46,583 nt of DNA from Clostridia bacterium (GTDB lineage Bacteria > Bacillota > Clostridia > DUPQ01): positions 1 to 46,583 of the forward strand of contig JAUUZV010000002.1 of assembly GCA_030592085.1 (NCBI GenBank), read 5' to 3'. Position numbers and translations under genes: made by a program. The notes below the pieces were generated by a model. That model did no database searches, was not told the origin of the DNA, and saw only the letters and a program-made list of their open reading frames with translations. Shown piece after piece: positions 44,819 to 46,583 of this stretch (within the stretch, counting starts at the first letter, position 1; the number at the start of each line of letters is the position of its first letter).

Positions 44819-46312
44819 TTATAAAGACTTAAATTTACTATTTAAGTAATTTGAATAGTAAGAAGGATTAAACTCTTCGCCACAAGTTTTCTTGATTAAT
44901 TGTTTTGGTGTGTAAATAGCACCATGTGTTTGAATGTTTTCTTTTAACCATAAATTAATCTTTGTAAAATCACCTTTTGCCACTTCACTATCAAAATCTA
45001 GCGTTTCTTTCATTTTAGCTAAAAATTGTGAGGCATACGCACTACCTAAAGCATATGAAGGAAAATATCCCATCATGCCAAATCCCCAATGAACATCTTG
45101 TAAAACTCCTTTGGTGTTATTTGGAGGTGTAATACCTAAATACTCTTCATATTTCTTGTTCCAAATAGCAGGTAGATCTTTAACCTCTACTTCTCCTTCA
45201 AACATCATTCGCTCAATTTCATAACGGACCATAATATGTAATGAATAAGTTAACTCATCCGCTTCAATTCTAATTAGTGATGTTTTAGGTTTATTTACAG
45301 CTAAGTAAAACTCATTAGCGGTAACATCTCCTAGTTGATCAGAAAATAGTTTTTTCATGGTTGGAAAGATGTATTGAATAAATTCTTTTGAACGACCTAT
45401 TAAGTTTTCATAAAATCTAGATTGTGATTCGTGTATTCCGTTTGAAGCACCTCCAGATAATATTGTAGTATTTAGTTTAATATCATTATTCAATCCATAA
45501 ATTGCATGTCCAGCTTCATGCATGGTGCTATAAAAAGATGATGCAATCATATCTTTGTAATAATGAGTTGTAAAACGCACATCATTGTTATGAAGCCCCA
45601 TTGTAAATGGGTGCTCACTTTCAGCAATAATATAATCGTCTCTATTCATTTTGAGTAAATCAGTTAAAATATAGCTTAGCTCTTTTTGTTTGTTAATTGG
45701 AAAAGACCTATTTAAGAAATCATCTCTAATTGAAGCGCTTTTTTTTACCACTTCTTTAATATTTGGTACAACATCTTTTTTAAGTTGCTTAAAAAACTTA
45801 TCAATATCATCCATTTCCATACCTTTTTCAAAATCATCTAATAATACATCATAAGCTTTCTTATCTGGTTTTCTATAGTTGGCAAAGCGTTTGTTAAACT
45901 CAATTATCTTAGTTAAATATGGTGCAAAACTTTCAAAGTCATCATTTGTCTTTGCCTGTTCCCATGCATGATTTGATTCGTTTCTTAGTTTTGTAAACTC
46001 CATGAACTCTTTCATTGGAATTTTTGAAATCTTTTCAAAATTTTCAATATACTCTTCTACTTTACGATTACTTATAAAATCTAATTTGTCTTTTTTGTCT
46101 TTTAAATTATATAGTAACTCTTTTACATCGTCATTAATGAATTTTTTGTATGTTTCACCAGATAAAATCGCCATAGCCTGTCCTCTAGCTTGATAGCTGT
46201 TTTTAGGTGCTGCAGTATTTCCATCAAAATTTGTAACTCCCATAACATATTGGTAAGCATACTGTATTTGTTCTAGTTCTGTTAATTTTTGTAACATTTC
46301 TTGTGTATTCAT
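44819..46312 (-). CDS. M32 thermostable-type carboxypeptidase (Taq carboxypeptidase family)
   Basis: SEHPFTMG (HPF), HEAGHA (HExxH), GIHESQSRF, DVHW, GYFPSYALG. Confidence 0.9.
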   Translation of the reverse strand: MNTQEMLQKLTELEQIQYAYQYVMGVTNFDGNTAAPKNSYQARGQAMAILSGETYKKFINDDVKELLYNLKDKKDKLDFISNRKVEEYIENFEKISKIPMKEFMEFTKLRNESNHAWEQAKTNDDFESFAPYLTKIIEFNKRFANYRKPDKKAYDVLLDDFEKGMEMDDIDKFFKQLKKDVVPNIKEVVKKSASIRDDFLNRSFPINKQKELSYILTDLLKMNRDDYIIAESEHPFTMGLHNNDVRFTTHYYKDMIASSFYSTMHEAGHAIYGLNNDIKLNTTILSGGASNGIHESQSRFYENLIGRSKEFIQYIFPTMKKLFSDQLGDVTANEFYLAVNKPKTSLIRIEADELTYSLHIMVRYEIERMMFEGEVEVKDLPAIWNKKYEEYLGITPPNNTKGVLQDVHWGFGMMGYFPSYALGSAYASQFLAKMKETLDFDSEVAKGDFTKINLWLKENIQTHGAIYTPKQLIKKTCGEEFNPSYYSNYLNSKFKSL

Positions 46313-46421
46313 GTTTTGCTCCTTTGCAAATTTATTTCTACCTACATTTTACAGTTTAAATTGTTAATTTTCAATAGTTGTACCTCTATGAAACATCCCA
46401 CTTTTTGAACATAATAAAAAC

Positions 46422-46451
46422 TTGTAATAAAAATATCATATATGGTATAAT
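46422..46451 (+). promoter_or_regulatory. Sigma-A promoter for the downstream lipoprotein gene
   Basis: TTGTAA (46422-46427), 18-nt spacer, extended -10 TGGTATAAT (46443-46451). AAGGAGGA RBS precedes the ATG at 46491. Confidence 0.55.
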
Positions 46452-46490
46452 TATTTATAATATAATGTTATGTTCAGAAGGAGGAATATT

Positions 46491-46583
46491 ATGAAGAAAA
46501 AGTTAATGGTTATTATTAGCTTTATTTTGGTCTTTACCTTGGTTTTCGCAGCGTGTGGTGCAAAAGACGACACTGGTGCTGGA
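46491..46583 (+). CDS. Lipoprotein, N-terminal fragment (3'-truncated by window edge)
   Basis: MKKKLMVIISFILVFTLVFAACGAKDDTGAG is a signal peptide with lipobox FAAC. Strong RBS. Confidence 0.7.
   Translation, partial: MKKKLMVIISFILVFTLVFAACGAKDDTGAG

Overview
AT-rich, tightly packed chromosomal segment that looks like a low-GC Firmicute (Clostridia/Erysipelotrichia-like): GGAGG-type RBSs, sigma-A -35/-10 promoters, lipobox lipoproteins. About 40 genes, mostly on the minus strand. I found no rRNA, tRNA, CRISPR array, transposase or integrase. Left to right: 3' end of an ABC exporter; a fused double HgdC-type activase plus a 2-hydroxyacyl-CoA-dehydratase-family partner; a UxaE-like epimerase with an FGGY sugar kinase; an MFS/ArsR-type pair; an orphan soluble PAS histidine kinase; housekeeping genes (lipoprotein, alpha/beta hydrolase, Mrp/NBP35, threonine aldolase); a MoxR-DUF58-transglutaminase triad; a partner-less HerA-type ATPase; an ECF sigma factor with a 1016-aa anti-sigma factor carrying seven tandem FN3-like repeats; an ADP-forming acyl-CoA synthetase with ATP-grasp-first domain order; an orphan sugar-type solute-binding lipoprotein; a 15-gene ROK-headed operon (30207-44602); an M32 carboxypeptidase; and the start of a lipoprotein gene. 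The operon is the best candidate for an undescribed system. It adds two aminotransferases, four oxidoreductases, a DapA/NanA-like lyase, an Eis-like GNAT, a PIG-L deacetylase, a truncated ceramidase-like amidase and two small paralogous proteins to NagA/NagB-like enzymes. It has no kinase, transporter or glycosyltransferase. All functional calls come from motifs read by eye in the translations; no database search was possible.
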